Positions 1-12,138 of a stretch of 64,000 bases of DNA are shown in pieces. Under the pieces are notes generated by a model, which was given only the letters and a program-made list of their open reading frames with translations, was not told the origin of the DNA and ran no database searches. Made by a program: the position numbers and the translations under genes. The stretch covers positions 1,095,481-1,159,480 of the forward strand of contig NW_003314290.1 of assembly GCF_000143415.4 (NCBI RefSeq). Reading direction: 5' to 3'. This DNA comes from Selaginella moellendorffii (lineage: Eukaryota; Plantae; Lycopodiophyta). Every line of letters begins with the position of its first letter. Position 1 is the stretch's first letter.

Positions 1-308
1 GAATCCGCCGCCGCGGCCATTCTCTCGAGCTCTGGAGATCGGCGGGAATGCGCAGAGCTAGATGGATCGGGAGCGCCAAAGGCCTACCTGATGGACCGAG
101 CGATCGATCGCCGCCGCGCGCCAGGGCGGAAGGGACGAAAACGAAAGCTCGCGTCGCGCGCACCCTGGAAAAGCCCTAAGTGCTGTCGGGTAACGGTTCG
201 AATCCTCTCAAAGTTCTTGCTTACGCGCGAAAAAGCCCTAAAGTGTTGCTGTGTCCCGGTTCGAATACTCTCAAAGCTCTTGCTTGTTTTGCCCTAATCT
301 GGCGAGGA

Positions 309-1468
309 ATGGCGTCGACGCAGCAGGAGAAGGTCCCGGCCGCGGCGGCGGAGCAGCAGCAGCACAAGCGTAAGTTCCCGATTTCTCTGCCCGATGTGCG
401 CGGCTCGCGCAGCCGGCCAAAGTTCTGGCTCGAGATGTTCAAATTCAGCGTCTACGTGACGATCCCGGTGGTTCTCATCTTCGGCTTCTCGGCTGGCTCC
501 GACGCGCTCAACTGGGCCATCCGCAATGTGAGTGAATCGATGCATTGCATTCCATCTTCGTTGCTTCTCAGGGTTTTGTGGTTTTGTCCAGCTTCTCGTT
601 CTTTTTCTTTTTCGTTTCCATTGAACAGTGCGATACTTCCTCGCAGCTTTCTCATGCTAGATAAGATTCCTTCTGGAACTTTGTCTGCTGCTTTGGCGAT
701 TCTTCCATCTTCTTAATGGTTTCTCCGTCCAGCTTCTGTCCAGCTTCTTCTTTGTTCCTTCCCATCTTCGCGTTAAGCGGCGCGATACTTTCTCGCAGCT
801 TTCAACGTTTCTCTTTTCTCTCTGACTTGTTTTGCGTTGTTGTTAGATAGACACTTGGTATGTTTCCTTCTGGAACTTTGTGTGGTACCTCCTCCCAATC
901 GTTTTTCCTTTTTTTTATATCTCGTGAAGAAGCGTGATACTCTCTCGCAGCTTTCTTGCTAGACACACACTTGTATGATTCCTTCTGGAACTTTGTGTGG
1001 TACATCCTCACACTTTTGCGATTCTTCCATCGTCCTTCTTAATGCTTTCTTTGTCTTTCGGCTTGCCCGATTGTTCTTCCATTCTTTTTTCTTTCTAGCC
1101 GTGTTTCTAATTTCTAAATAGATAGTTTGTGTGGATCTCTTTGCGATTTTCCTTCTCTTTCTTCGTCCAGCAATCAAAGTTTTCTTTGCCAGCGTTTCCT
1201 ATGAGAATGTGTCTTTGCGCGATTGTTCTTTCTTTTTCTCGCTAGCTCGCTCTTAAGCTGTTTCTTTTCTTTGTTTTTTCCTTCTTTTTCTCCACCCTAT
1301 CTTCCAGCTCGGTCTACTAACGAGATTCGATTTGGCTCTCGATATTTGCAGCGAAGCTACGTCGTCTACCCTCCACAGAATTCCAAGCCTCTACCACCGC
1401 CAGAATTCTTCATGGAAGTCGCCAGAAGGAGAAGAGAGGCTCGGGAAAAGGCGGCAAAAGATCTCTGA
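309..1468 (+). CDS. PET100: PET100-like mitochondrial cytochrome c oxidase assembly protein, 2 exons (309-527, 1352-1468)
   Basis: Exon 1 ...WLEMFKFSVYVTIPVVLIFGF (single TM) ends at GTGAGT donor 528; acceptor TTGCAG at 1351 gives RSYVVYPPQNSKPLPPPE...; matches the plant Pet100-family pattern LE..KF..YV..P / SYVVYP. Confidence 0.72.
629..1045 (+). repeat. Three degenerate ~150-bp tandem units in the PET100-like intron
   Basis: G(C/T)GATACT..CTCGCAGCTTTC at ~629, ~782, ~934 and TTCCTTCTGGAACTTTGT at ~667, ~864, ~979. Confidence 0.7.
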
Positions 1469-3220
1469 ACGACGATGGAAACAGAGAAGTAGAAAAGGAA
1501 ACGAGGACCAGGTCTGAAGACGCTCGAGAGAGAGAGCCGAAGCGAATGTTATGTGTGAGTCTTTCTCCTGAGGAACAAGGTATTTCAGGCCCGTTTGCGT
1601 CATTGCTTACATACCTTGGCTTCACAGGAACACTAAGATATAGCCATCTAAGTGCTTTGTTTCTTCTTTCTGCTGTTGGGCCTTCCTTGTCAAAAGCGTT
1701 TGTTTATTGTTACACTACACAGGAACTGCTTACGTATTCTCGAACAACTTGCATTGCCAAAAGGGTCCCATCGATCGACGCATCAGAATGCTACCCGGTA
1801 TAGTCTTTTTTTTTCTCTCTTCAAGTCTTGCGCTGTCCTGAAGTGTTTGTTTTCTTCCAGTTGCATCGCTAATTGTGTGTGTGCCTTCCAGGTAACAGGC
1901 CATCTCCGTTGTCCATTTGCGATTCAAGTATCACAAAGCGCAGTATCAAAAAGGAACAGGAACAGCGATCTACACTTATCTTTAGAGCCGACAAGTTGGA
2001 ATTTTTCGGCCAAAGAAGTATGAGGTGGTACTTACATGCAAGCAAAGGTGCTTCAGCTCTTTCTTCTCATATAAAGCTTTCGAAAGCCTTCCAAAGTAGG
2101 TGGCAAGTGGATAGAACGGGAAAGCTTTGAAAAATTGGCTTTTGGGCGAGATTGCAAGGAATGGGGGTGCGAATCTCTCCGCCAAACACCGACGACTTTC
2201 TGCTCAGTTGGCACACAGGGATCTGGAACGCAAAGCGCACGACCCAGCGAAAGAATGCAAAAACAATTCCCAGAGGTCGGGCATGCACGTTGGTTGACTC
2301 GTGCTTGCACAGGAGCCTGTGATCCAGCGACGGGAAACGTTTTGGCTCTGATATGGACGTCGCGTGCCGCAGAGCTTTGAAAGAATGAAGCGGACACACA
2401 ACAAGTTTATAAAGTCATCGCTAGCGCATGAACATACACAAGGCGGAGAAGAGCTACTGCCGTCTTCGTCTCTTCGTTTCTTGGCGGGCGCCGCCGATCC
2501 AAGTCAGTCGCCGGGAGGAGCAAAAGCCAGATTCGCCGCTTAGATCTCCTCTGGATGACTGAAACGCCTGCATGTCGTGCGTGAAAACTCGAGCTCCTGG
2601 CGGGGCGAAAGTGGTTCTGATCTCCACTTCTTTCTCCATCGGAGATTCTCGGCCCCAGAGGTTCTGCAAGCGATCTTGGCTACGTCTCTCGACAGCAGCG
2701 CAGCAAACATCATCTCGTCAGCGTCTTAATTGCGATGTTTTTTAACGCATTTGGATGAAGCGTGCAGTGCAACAAACATCTTTATGGTGATCTGTTCCGG
2801 GTCTGTTCTTGCTATACGATTGTGCGAGAGAGAGAGAGAGAGGGACGAGACGAGAGGCGCACGGAAGCGCAAAATCTTCCTTGCCCGATAAAACTCTGAA
2901 AGGAACCGGCGAACCATCCAGCCTCGCTGTTGCCATATCAGAGAAAAAAAGAAAAAGTAAGGTGCCCAAGAACACAAAAAACTATCTTTATCGAGGACTG
3001 AAAGAGCGAAACAAAGCTTGATCGACACAAAAACCCCGGTCGAGGATGAACTCTATCGGCAGGACGAGACTGAGAAATTATCGATTCCAACCTGTCGAAA
3101 GTGGAAGATTTCTTATGTACAAGTACGCCAGCCTCATCGTCCTCTCGGAGAAGGAACAGCGATTGAGCTATCCAAAAACTGGAAAGGAGGAAACCAAGAC
3201 CGAACCTTTCGTCTTCCTTT

Positions 3221-4165
3221 CTAGTCCTTGACGAAGGCGAAGGCCATGTCCCGGAAAGCCATGGTGGCGGGCGACTGCATCGGCCCAAACAGCCTGCTGC
3301 GAGGAGAGAGGCCGTGAAACTCGGAAGAAGAGGAGCTCATCGTCGTCCAGAGATCGAACTCGGGGAGGAAGTCCGCGTGGGAGATTCCACTGGGAGTGAA
3401 AATGGGCGACCATGGCTGCTGCTGCTGGATCGTCATCTGTGGAACGTAGACCGATGGCTCGCCATTGGAAGCGAGCGAGGAGGAGGTGGAGAAGGGATTG
3501 GGGAGGAACTGGCGGTGCTGATCTCCAAACGCGAGCCCCGCGGCATCGAAGCTGACCAGGGGGCTTTTCGGCGACGCGAGCAGTGGATTCGCCAGGCGGT
3601 GGAAGGGATTGCCCGAGTCGGAGCTGGATGCCGGCGAGAGGAGGAGGTGCTCCACCTTGAATTGCTGCTGCAGGTCGGAAATGGAGGAGGAATCGTCGTC
3701 CCCGGCGGAGGAGGAGCGGAGGAGCTCTGGATCTTCGGCTTCCTCGCTGCTGGGCGAGCCGGATAATTGGTGGCGGTGGCGCTGATTGATCACTGTCTCC
3801 TCCTCCACGATCTCCCGCTTCCAAGGAGAGGAATTCCTGGCAGTGGTGGGCATGGATCTGGGCGAGTGGGATGGGCTGCTGGGCATGAAGGTGGGCAGCA
3901 CTGCCGGCTTGGAGCTCTTGCATCGCATCCGGGTGTCCGATGATCCGGTGAGGCGCTGGACGAGCCACATGAAATTGGTGGCGTCGGTCTCGATCACTTT
4001 GGGGGAGTACGTGTGGATGATCACGGGCTGCCGGTACTGCACCACGGGCAGCGGCACCGGCGGCTTGCGGATCGCCCTGGAATCCTTGCTCATCTTGAGC
4101 GCCGAGGGCCTGCTCCTCCTCGCGCTGGCGCCAGTGGCGCCACCGCCGCTGCCTCCTTGATCCAT
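3221..4165 (-). CDS. VQ motif-containing protein (MKS1-like), intronless
   Basis: RPSALKMSKDSRAIRKPP...PVIIHTYSPKVIETDATNFMWLVQRLTG (FxxxVQxLTG); Ser/Pro-rich tail; ATG at 4165. Confidence 0.92.
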   Translation of the reverse strand: MDQGGSGGGATGASARRSRPSALKMSKDSRAIRKPPVPLPVVQYRQPVIIHTYSPKVIETDATNFMWLVQRLTGSSDTRMRCKSSKPAVLPTFMPSSPSHSPRSMPTTARNSSPWKREIVEEETVINQRHRHQLSGSPSSEEAEDPELLRSSSAGDDDSSSISDLQQQFKVEHLLLSPASSSDSGNPFHRLANPLLASPKSPLVSFDAAGLAFGDQHRQFLPNPFSTSSSLASNGEPSVYVPQMTIQQQQPWSPIFTPSGISHADFLPEFDLWTTMSSSSSEFHGLSPRSRLFGPMQSPATMAFRDMAFAFVKD

Positions 4166-4375
4166 CACTGCGCTGTGCTGCTGCGGCGCGGTGTTGTAGC
4201 GATCGAATCGAAGAAAAAATTCGCCACTGGACACCCAAACCTGCGAGAACTTTCCTGGCGGCGCTGGAAGATCCGGCCGGATTTTCGGATGGAATTGGAG
4301 CGGTACACCACACCCCGCGCACACTTTCCTCCGAAGCGATCGAATGGAAATGATTTGGGGAAAAGCCTCTCTCAT

Positions 4376-4800
4376 TTATATACCGCGAAAGAGAAGGGGT
4401 ATATTCCGTCCGTGCGAGGAATCGTGATTGACGGCGTCCACGGGCAGACGAGGTCTGGGCACTGCCGCGTGGAATATAACGAACAGTATATCTCATTCCA
4501 AGGTTATAGGGTCAAGGTCAGTCAGTCCAGGTGAGGCAGCGGTTGTACGGGTCTGCCGTACGAACACCGCGTACGCGTTAAAATCCTTATAATCCGGATT
4601 TTGCGGAAATGTGGCGTCCATGATCCATCCAGAAGAATGTATAGGGGAGATGAGAGCACGAAACCTCTCTTTTCTTAGACTAGGCAAGCTATGGCTATGG
4701 TAACTACGCACAGTTTTATTAAAGTTCCATCTTGGTGGTCCTGGGAAAAGAACAGTTAAGTGAATTGTTGACTTTTGGGATACCAAAGGGGGAAGGTCAA
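4376..4800 (-). promoter_or_regulatory. VQ gene promoter: TATA box, W-boxes and CGCG boxes
   Basis: TATATAAAT on - strand ~4375-4383; TTGACY at ~4510, ~4767, ~4795; CCGCGT/ACGCGT at ~4465 and ~4567-4578. Confidence 0.45.
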
Positions 4801-5633
4801 ATCTCGTGCTGGAATCGCGATTAGGGCAAACCATTAGAAAACTTGTTTCTTGTGTTTAAAAAAATAGGATGTTGCGAGGATCCGCGAATTGATCTGGAGG
4901 TAGCTTCCTCAACACCTTCCTCGCTCTTGCCACGTGTGCACGTACATCTGCGCCATTAATCCCCGACAACGACGCCATTTTCTGTCCTCTGTTTGGGAGG
5001 AGAATATTCTATACTTTTTTTCCAGCACATGTAAAAAAGTTCTGCTTCCAGATTTTATTATTATTCTTTTTAATGGGTGTGTAAAAATCGTACACAACCA
5101 TTGCTTTTCTTAATCCTTTTTATGATTATTAAACACCAACTAGGCGGTGGTTTACAGTGGACACAGCGAGCATATGGATAGATAGATTTGTCAATAGAAC
5201 ACTCTTTTAAGAAAAATCAGCTTTTTTTACTAAACTTGCACTACAACTTTGCATTGAGTTGGGATCACATATAAGTGTTTTTTGGCCTTTTCTTGTGTTA
5301 AAGGCTTTTGAGACTGTAAGTGTTAAACTGCCTTCTGATGTAGGTCACATATTCCTAGTTGAAACCTATAGCAGTTGAGATCACAGGGCTAATCAACAAG
5401 GAGCATCTTACAACATTGTTAATATTGTTACTAATCAGGTGCCAACCACTGGATATTAACAAAGAGCATTCTACAAAATTGTTAATATTCAATTTTAATT
5501 TCTTTACCTGAAAAAAAAAAAAGAACAAGGATAAAAGAAGGGTGATTGATTTCCATTGACTACCCAGAATCTTACATGTTTTGATCACTAGCTTTCCACC
5601 ATCTCGGTAGAAAAAAAATTCCTCTTTAGAAGG

Positions 5634-7058
5634 CTAGCTTTTCTTCGTAGCTCGCAGCTCTTGGACCAATCTCTTCATCTTGTCCAGCTCTTGCGAAGTT
5701 TCGACCAGGACAATCCCCCTCTGGTCGTGGATCATGCAAGCCTTGAAGATCTGCCCGCCGCAGCCATACTCGACGATGTAAGCGCCGCCATCCTCCTCGA
5801 ACTGTCTCACAACATGGCTCGCCAGCCCAAGGCTGATGGATCCCTCCTCCCTCTCCATGGCAAACTTGTGATCTTCCCACTCTTTTGGAAGGCGGTGATC
5901 TCCCTCTCGCAAGAACAGGCTCATTCCTCCACCCCTCTCCAGTGATCCCGTGCCGAAGCTCACAATCATGGTGTGGTGGTGCGTTTGCTCCGGGAAATCA
6001 ACCACGCTGCCAACCTTGACGCCACCTCTGATGATCCGAGCGATCTTCTCCACTCCATGCATGATCCCGGGGAGCTGGGCGATGGCGACGAGTAAGATCA
6101 CGCGGCAGGAGCAGCCCCCGGACTCGAGCGCTAGCAGCAACTTGTCACACAAGCTCTGAAGATCACCGTCCTGGCACCGGCGAAGATCCGCGATTATGAG
6201 CTTGACGCTCCGCTTCTCGGCCAAGAGCCTGACGATCCATTCGACGCTCGTCTTGCTGCACTCGCGCACCAGGTATGGCGAGATCTCATCGCCGCCGAGC
6301 TTCTCCTGGAGACGAGAGTACCAACCAAGTGGAAGCGGCACAAGCTTGAGCGTCTTCTTCTTCTTGGCGAGCTTGGAGCAAGCCTCGGGTTCCACTCTCG
6401 CCCACTCGTCCAGCTCCTCGTCGCTGATCCGGAGCCTCTTCTTGAGCCCGGAAACGCTGGTAACGTAGCTTGGCAAGATGTTGCTGGCGATGCACTCCTG
6501 GAGCAGCCTCTCGGCGATCAACCTCCTGTTCTTGAGCTTCTTCCCGAGCTGATCCAGAGAAGGCACGTCCATCTCGCAGCTCGGGAACTTCCGGAAGAGG
6601 CAGGCCTTGCTCGCGAGCTGCTCGGCGACGTAGAGGAGCTCTTCGTTCTCCAGCGCGCGGATGCTCACGAGGCTGGCCATGGAGATGGAGTTGCTCGGCA
6701 GGCCTCCTCCGGTGGGGAGCCTGCCATCGCCCAGCGGGAGCTTTCCTTGCGCGTTGAGCTCCAGAGCCTCCATCCATTTGTCGAAGACGTGATCGTCCGA
6801 GGCGAGCAGCCTGTGCACCGTGAATGTGTCACGGGCATCAAACGCCGAGTTGACGAAGCTCTCGAATTCCTACAAAGTTTTCAGCCTTTGGTTTTCTTTT
6901 TCTCTCCATTTTTCTGTTTGTTCTCTCTTTCTGAGAACACTTGCCTGCCATTCTCGGGAGTGAGCCTTGCCCCGGCTCGATTTTTGGGGCCGACCCATTT
7001 CCACCCATTTGCTCCTCGCGTGTCTCAGGGTCGCGTGGAATGGCTCCGGAGATGTCAT
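5634..7058 (-). CDS. Intact ~449-aa orphan protein: helical N-region plus degenerate beta-class DNA amino-methyltransferase-like domain; exons 7058-6945 and 6869-5634
   Basis: Long open, codon-biased exon; GC-AG intron (TGGCAG|GCAAGT ... TTTGTAG|GAA) removes an in-frame TAG; SVKLIIADLRR (motif IV position), LESGG, YIVEYGCGG...RGIVLVETSQE (motif I/II position) in beta-class order; homologous to the transposon gene at 60.2-63.1 kb. Start could be 7058 or 6998. Confidence 0.8.
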
Positions 7059-7329
7059 GTCCCCTGGAAGGTCTGATTAGTCTGGTGGACACAGACAGAT
7101 GAAAGAGAGCATACCTCGGAAGAACCACAGAAAACCCTAGATCCTTGAGTATAATCCCAAGAATCTTGTTTGCTAACAAAATGAAAGCAATATTAATATT
7201 TCTAAGTTTTTTATTTTCAATTGTTGCTGAAAATTTTCATGGGTCTGCACCTCTAAGAGATTGTAAGATTTGATATTGAGTGTTGATAGTGGTTTTATTA
7301 ATTATAATTTACAAGAATGGCAATAATAT

Positions 7330-7505
7330 TTCCCACATTTAAAGGTAATATGTAGTGATGTTATCTTTGCTATGAAAATTATTCATTCTATTAATTTAAA
7401 AAATATAATTTTATAAATTAATATTTTATATTAATTATTAAACATTTAATAGTGAGCTTGCATATGGTCTATTCATGATAGTTATTTATATAGCACTAGT
7501 TTAAT
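7330..7505 (+). mobile_element. Highly eroded Helitron helicase C-terminal remnant
   Basis: AT-rich; VIFAMKIIHS resembles FAMTINKSQ and a downstream FYIALV resembles LYVALSR. Confidence 0.3.
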
Positions 7506-8224
7506 ATAGTTAAATGATTTATATGAAAAAACTTAAATTCATGTATCTCATGTAATTTAGACCTTTTTTTATTTGTGTTTTATATTTATATGAGGCTAAT
7601 AGCTTATATTATCTTTATCACTAAAACATCCATTTCAAGTTATGAGATTGTGAAGTCTAAGTGTACGGCTATGATGCAATATTAATATTAATGTAGTGGG
7701 ATTTTAATAACCATTGGATTAAATATAAACACTTGCACTCTTATTTCAATTGTCAAACTAGGAAAAGGGCAATTGTTTGGAATAACTTCATTTGCCAACT
7801 AAAAAAGAGGTAATTATATAAACTAGTTATTTTGATGGAAGGTGGGAAGAGTATTCATGAGGCTCGTGTAAAGCCACAGTGTTTGGAAATGTTCTTCCAA
7901 AGTCCCGAACTATAGAAAAGAAAAAAAATAATCCTTTTGCATAATGACCAAAGGCATAATTATGTGGTGAAGAAGTCCCAGAGATCAATGGGACTTAATG
8001 GTCAACCTTCAGGCTTTAATTCAATAACAATGTTATTAAATATTACTATGACTAAAATAGGACATATTGAAGAAGTATTAAAGAAGAGTGTTTTTTATGT
8101 CTTTAAGCATCTTAAAGATGTTAAAGTGTGGTCATGGAATGATCACTCATAAACAGATGGCTCAGTCTTTGAGAGATAGAACTAGGGTACGTGTGATCTA
8201 TTGAATTACCAATGAGACAAGGGT

Positions 8225-8350
8225 AAATAAATATAACTTTAATGTAATGAATGGTACCTTTGGGGTGTTTATCATGGGATTAAACATGTGGAGCACTTGG
8301 ACTCAATGCAAAGGCTGAGTGGCATACATGTCATTCATAGGGCTAGCATG
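8225..8350 (-). repeat. Fragment of the LTR family seen at 24.2, 45.4 and 51.6 kb
   Basis: ACATGTGGAGCACTTGGAC...GAGTGGCAT is the reverse complement of ~45528-45570. Confidence 0.55.
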
Positions 8351-9221
8351 TTGTGAGACACAAAATCCCTAGGCCTCAATGTAGAGCCGAAAGGGTGCCA
8401 TGTGGTAGTGGCTGCAGCGAAAGCCAAACGAGCGTAACACATTTGGACTAAAAGTTCCGACTTGAAAGGTTGAGAACCTTAATGGTGTTCCCAAGCTTTA
8501 TTGTTGCGGTCCAATTGTGTTGAGAAGATCTAGAGTGCTCAGTGAGGAGCTCAAAACTCAGCCATGCTTTGTGGAGTTGTAGGGAGGGAATCTTTGGGAG
8601 TCTCACAATTGGTTGTAAAGACACAATGTTCCTGAGTGTGAGCAAATCAGAGTGGCAAAGAATTGGCACATGGAGAATCTTGCCACCTTTGTAGGCGAGT
8701 TAGGCAGATCATGTACAACAGTTGTCACTAAAGGCCCTAGCGCAAGGAGGAGCCAGGCAGAGTACTGGTGACCAGTTCTAAAGCAGTTGGAGAGCTGGGA
8801 GACCCATAGAATCAACGGGACTGTGTCTCCCAAAAATCAACGGGGCTGCTGCACAGAGCATCAGCGACGCAAGGTGGCTTGATGGGCAACAATTGCTGCA
8901 AGAGGAGAGCTGGGAGCGGCCAATAACAAGCAATAACAAGCAGAAAGTCCTTAGGTGAGAGGAGGAAGAAAGGAGAGTTTGGCTTTACCCCTTTGTTCCT
9001 TTACTCCTGTGTTTAAGGGTTTGGTTTGATTTAAATTTTATTAAACACATGTATATTCTGTTGGATACTCATTTTCTCTTTGTTACAGTCCAGATCTGAG
9101 TCGGGCGCTCCCAGCAAGCCTTAGCCCGCATTGCGTCCAGGTGGGTAGAGATTATGCTGTCCATGATTGGCGATGCAATTCCAGCCTAGATTCTCTAGCT
9201 AGAGATCCAGCAGGATGTGTG

Positions 9222-11652
9222 ATGGCTCCCAGCAAAGAGGACGAGAGACACGAGAAGATCATCCGCGGGCTGCTTAAATTGCCTGGAAATCGAAGATGCG
9301 TCAACTGTGGTAGCCTGGTATGACAACGATTCTTGGGTCTTATCCCCTCTTTCTTGAGAATTTATCTTTTTTTCTCTTAAGCAGGGACCGCAATATGTGT
9401 GCACTAGCTTCTCCACTTTCATTTGCACACTTTGCAGCGGGATTCAGTATGTTTATTCGTTCCCTCTCTTCGATCTTTTCTCGTTTCCAGTTTCTCACTC
9501 GTACTTACAGTCGAGAATTCTTGCATCGCATCAAGTCTATTTCCATGGCCAAGTTTACTGCCGGGGAAATCAGCGAGCTCCAGGCCGGTGGAAACGATGT
9601 ATGTATCTAAATTTACAGTAGCAGCAAATTAGATTCACAGCGTTTTTCACTTGTTCGTGTAGCAAGCTCGACAGGTTTTCCTCAAGGCATGGAACTCGGA
9701 CAGGAACATATTCCCAGACAGCAGGTACTTAGATCCTTGACGTGTTTTTAGGAGAGCAAAATGATTTTTTTTCGTTTCTCATCAGCAATCCCGATAAAAT
9801 CCGCGAGTTTATAAAGCTTGTGTACGTCCAGAGGCGTTTCACTGGAGAAAAGGTATAACTATACAGCCAATGTTAAACATGACCGAAAGTTCTTCTTCCC
9901 TTCCATTCTCTTTCTGTTTTTTTTTTTTTTTTCTTTTCCAGCAGCCCAGTCGTAGTCCAATGCATGAAACTCCTGAATATCGCGAGGCTCGCCCCTCTCC
10001 TCGTACGAGCTACGGCGGACTCGCGTACGGTAACCGAGACTTTGTGAGAACAATCCCCGGAAGAAGAGAAAACGGGGGTGCGACTGTGGAAGACAACGGT
10101 GAAGACGACGTGAAATCTTCGCCCCAGTCGCCTCCAAACCAGAAAACAGCCAGTGGGAGTAAGAGGGAAACGGTCATTCGCCAGTTTCTACAACCTCCAG
10201 TAAGAAACATTCGCTAGTTTCTTCTTGGTTTTGCCTTTTGATCCTCGGTTCTTTTTCGTTCCAGGTGGAGAAACGCAAGGACCAGCAGCTGCAAAGAAAC
10301 TACTCTAGCGGGAGCATAGTACCGGACCAAACCAGTCCCGCAGCTCGACCTCCACAAGTCCAGCGCTCAAACTCGCTCTCTCTCAAAGATCTCATGACTG
10401 ACGAGAAAACTTCCCACCGGCCAGACAATCCAAAGACGCCACCACGATCCGCGACAAAGTCGAGAAGTCTGATCGATCTTAATACCGACCAGCAGCAAAA
10501 GGTACCACACTCTAGAAGCTCGCCAGTGACAACCAAGTCAAGCTCCACACCGTGTCTGGTCGATCTCATCTCCGGCGACGCAAGCAACCACGAGAGTGTC
10601 GCCAGTACAAAGTTTCGACACGACACCGATGGCAGCCGCGACCTGATCGATCTCATCTCTTCTCCGGAGGGAGATTCCTCGCAGCCGACGCAGGTGGATC
10701 CTTTCGTGACAACGAGTTTCGCGGGTCTTGATCTGGCTGCTGATCCTTTTGCACGTAGTGGACCAGTTCAAGCTCAAACAGGCACGAATTTCACGAGTTT
10801 TAGCGCTCCTGGACCAGCCAATCTTCCACAGTCCATTCCATCAGAAGTTTCACAGGGAGTTTTACCGGGTGCTCCCCCGCAGTACCCGTCGAGCTTTCCA
10901 GGAATTTCACCGAATTTTACCATGCCACCTTCAGTTGGCTTTCTACCAGCGGCGCCGTCGCCATCGATTTCTTCTTCGGGTGGCTTTCTATCGAATTCTG
11001 CTTTGATGACTTTCCAGCAGTTTGATCCAGCAGCCATGAACGTTGGAGTACAAGTGAGTGATCTAAGAGACTACGCATTTCTCTCACATACGATCTCTTT
11101 TATTGTTACAGGGAGCTGTTCATCACGTGAACACTTTCGGACCTCCATCGGTAGTATTTTTATACGCAGACTTTCTTGCATGACCTCTCTTTTGTTTCTT
11201 CTCTCCAGAATCAAAGTCTGGGCTACTTTGGAGTGTCAACCAGTGTCAATCCTTTTGACCACTCCCAAAGTCAGGTAAAAGGGGAACAATTATTTGCAAA
11301 AACTCTAAACTTGAAATGTTTTTGCAGTATGCCCCTCTAGGAACTACACATGTACAAGTCCCTCCAAATTTTTACCATCCAAGTAAGAACCTGGAGAGAC
11401 AAAAAAAACAGAAATTAACCTTGATTAAACCGGTTGACATCACAGATTATCATTGGGAGGCCACTCAAGTTACCATGTAAGCGTTACTCTTCATTTTTTT
11501 TTTAGGATGCTCTCTCTTTACAGGAGCTGGCACTCAAAAGTGATGTGGTGTTCGTGTAAACCTCTAACAGGCAAATTCCTCCAGTGTTCCAGCAGCACCA
11601 TCCAACAACAACAACACCATCATCGTCCTCGTCAGGCAATCCATTCGCATAA
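9222..11652 (+). CDS. ARF GTPase-activating protein, AGD14/NIG-like, multi-exon
   Basis: EDERHEKIIRGLLKLPGNRRCVNCGSL|GPQYVCTSFSTFICTLCSGI|REFLHRIKSISMAKFT (C4 ArfGAP finger); LIDL and DPF motifs; C-terminal SGNPFA stop at 11652. Confidence 0.9.
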
Positions 11653-12138
11653 GACGACACCAAATCATCCCAAAAAAAAACATAAAAACACATATAAAAC
11701 CACAGAGAAAAGTATTTAATATGGGGAGGAGGGCCCGTTTGCTTGTTGTTGGGTTGTTGTTGCCGATTTGTTACAAGAAAACGAAAAAAAATCCTTAAAA
11801 AATACAAGGTCCACAGCACAGAAAAAAATGGTTACAAGAAAAAAAAGGGGTTGTCTTCACCGAATATACCACCACAGGCGGTGGAATATACCGTCCCAGT
11901 TACTTGAGGAAATTAAGGCATAAATCGGGGAAGCTCTTTCACCTACCGACCGCCTCCCTCCTTTTTTCTGTGTTGTCTTTCCCTGGCTGCGATTTTTTTT
12001 TTTTTTGCCTGTGGCTCCTCCATGGCTCCATAGCCAGAGCTGTGCGAGGAAGGCCAGGAGGAAGAAGAAGATTCTGTAGTGCTTGAGTTTATAGCGAGGC
12101 TTTGCAAGTAAAAGAAAAAAAGAATCCTTACAAGTGCA

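Noticed and set aside
195-205. tRNA gene suggested by GGTTCGAATCC
   Set aside because: No T-stem pairing, A-box or cloverleaf
2204-2206. Selenocysteine read-through of the in-frame TGA
   Set aside because: Land plants lack the Sec machinery; no SECIS or redox motif seen
3168-4496. 442-aa ORF overlapping the VQ gene, plus antisense ORFs
   Set aside because: Alternate-frame shadow of a GC-rich CDS; the VQ motif is in the other frame
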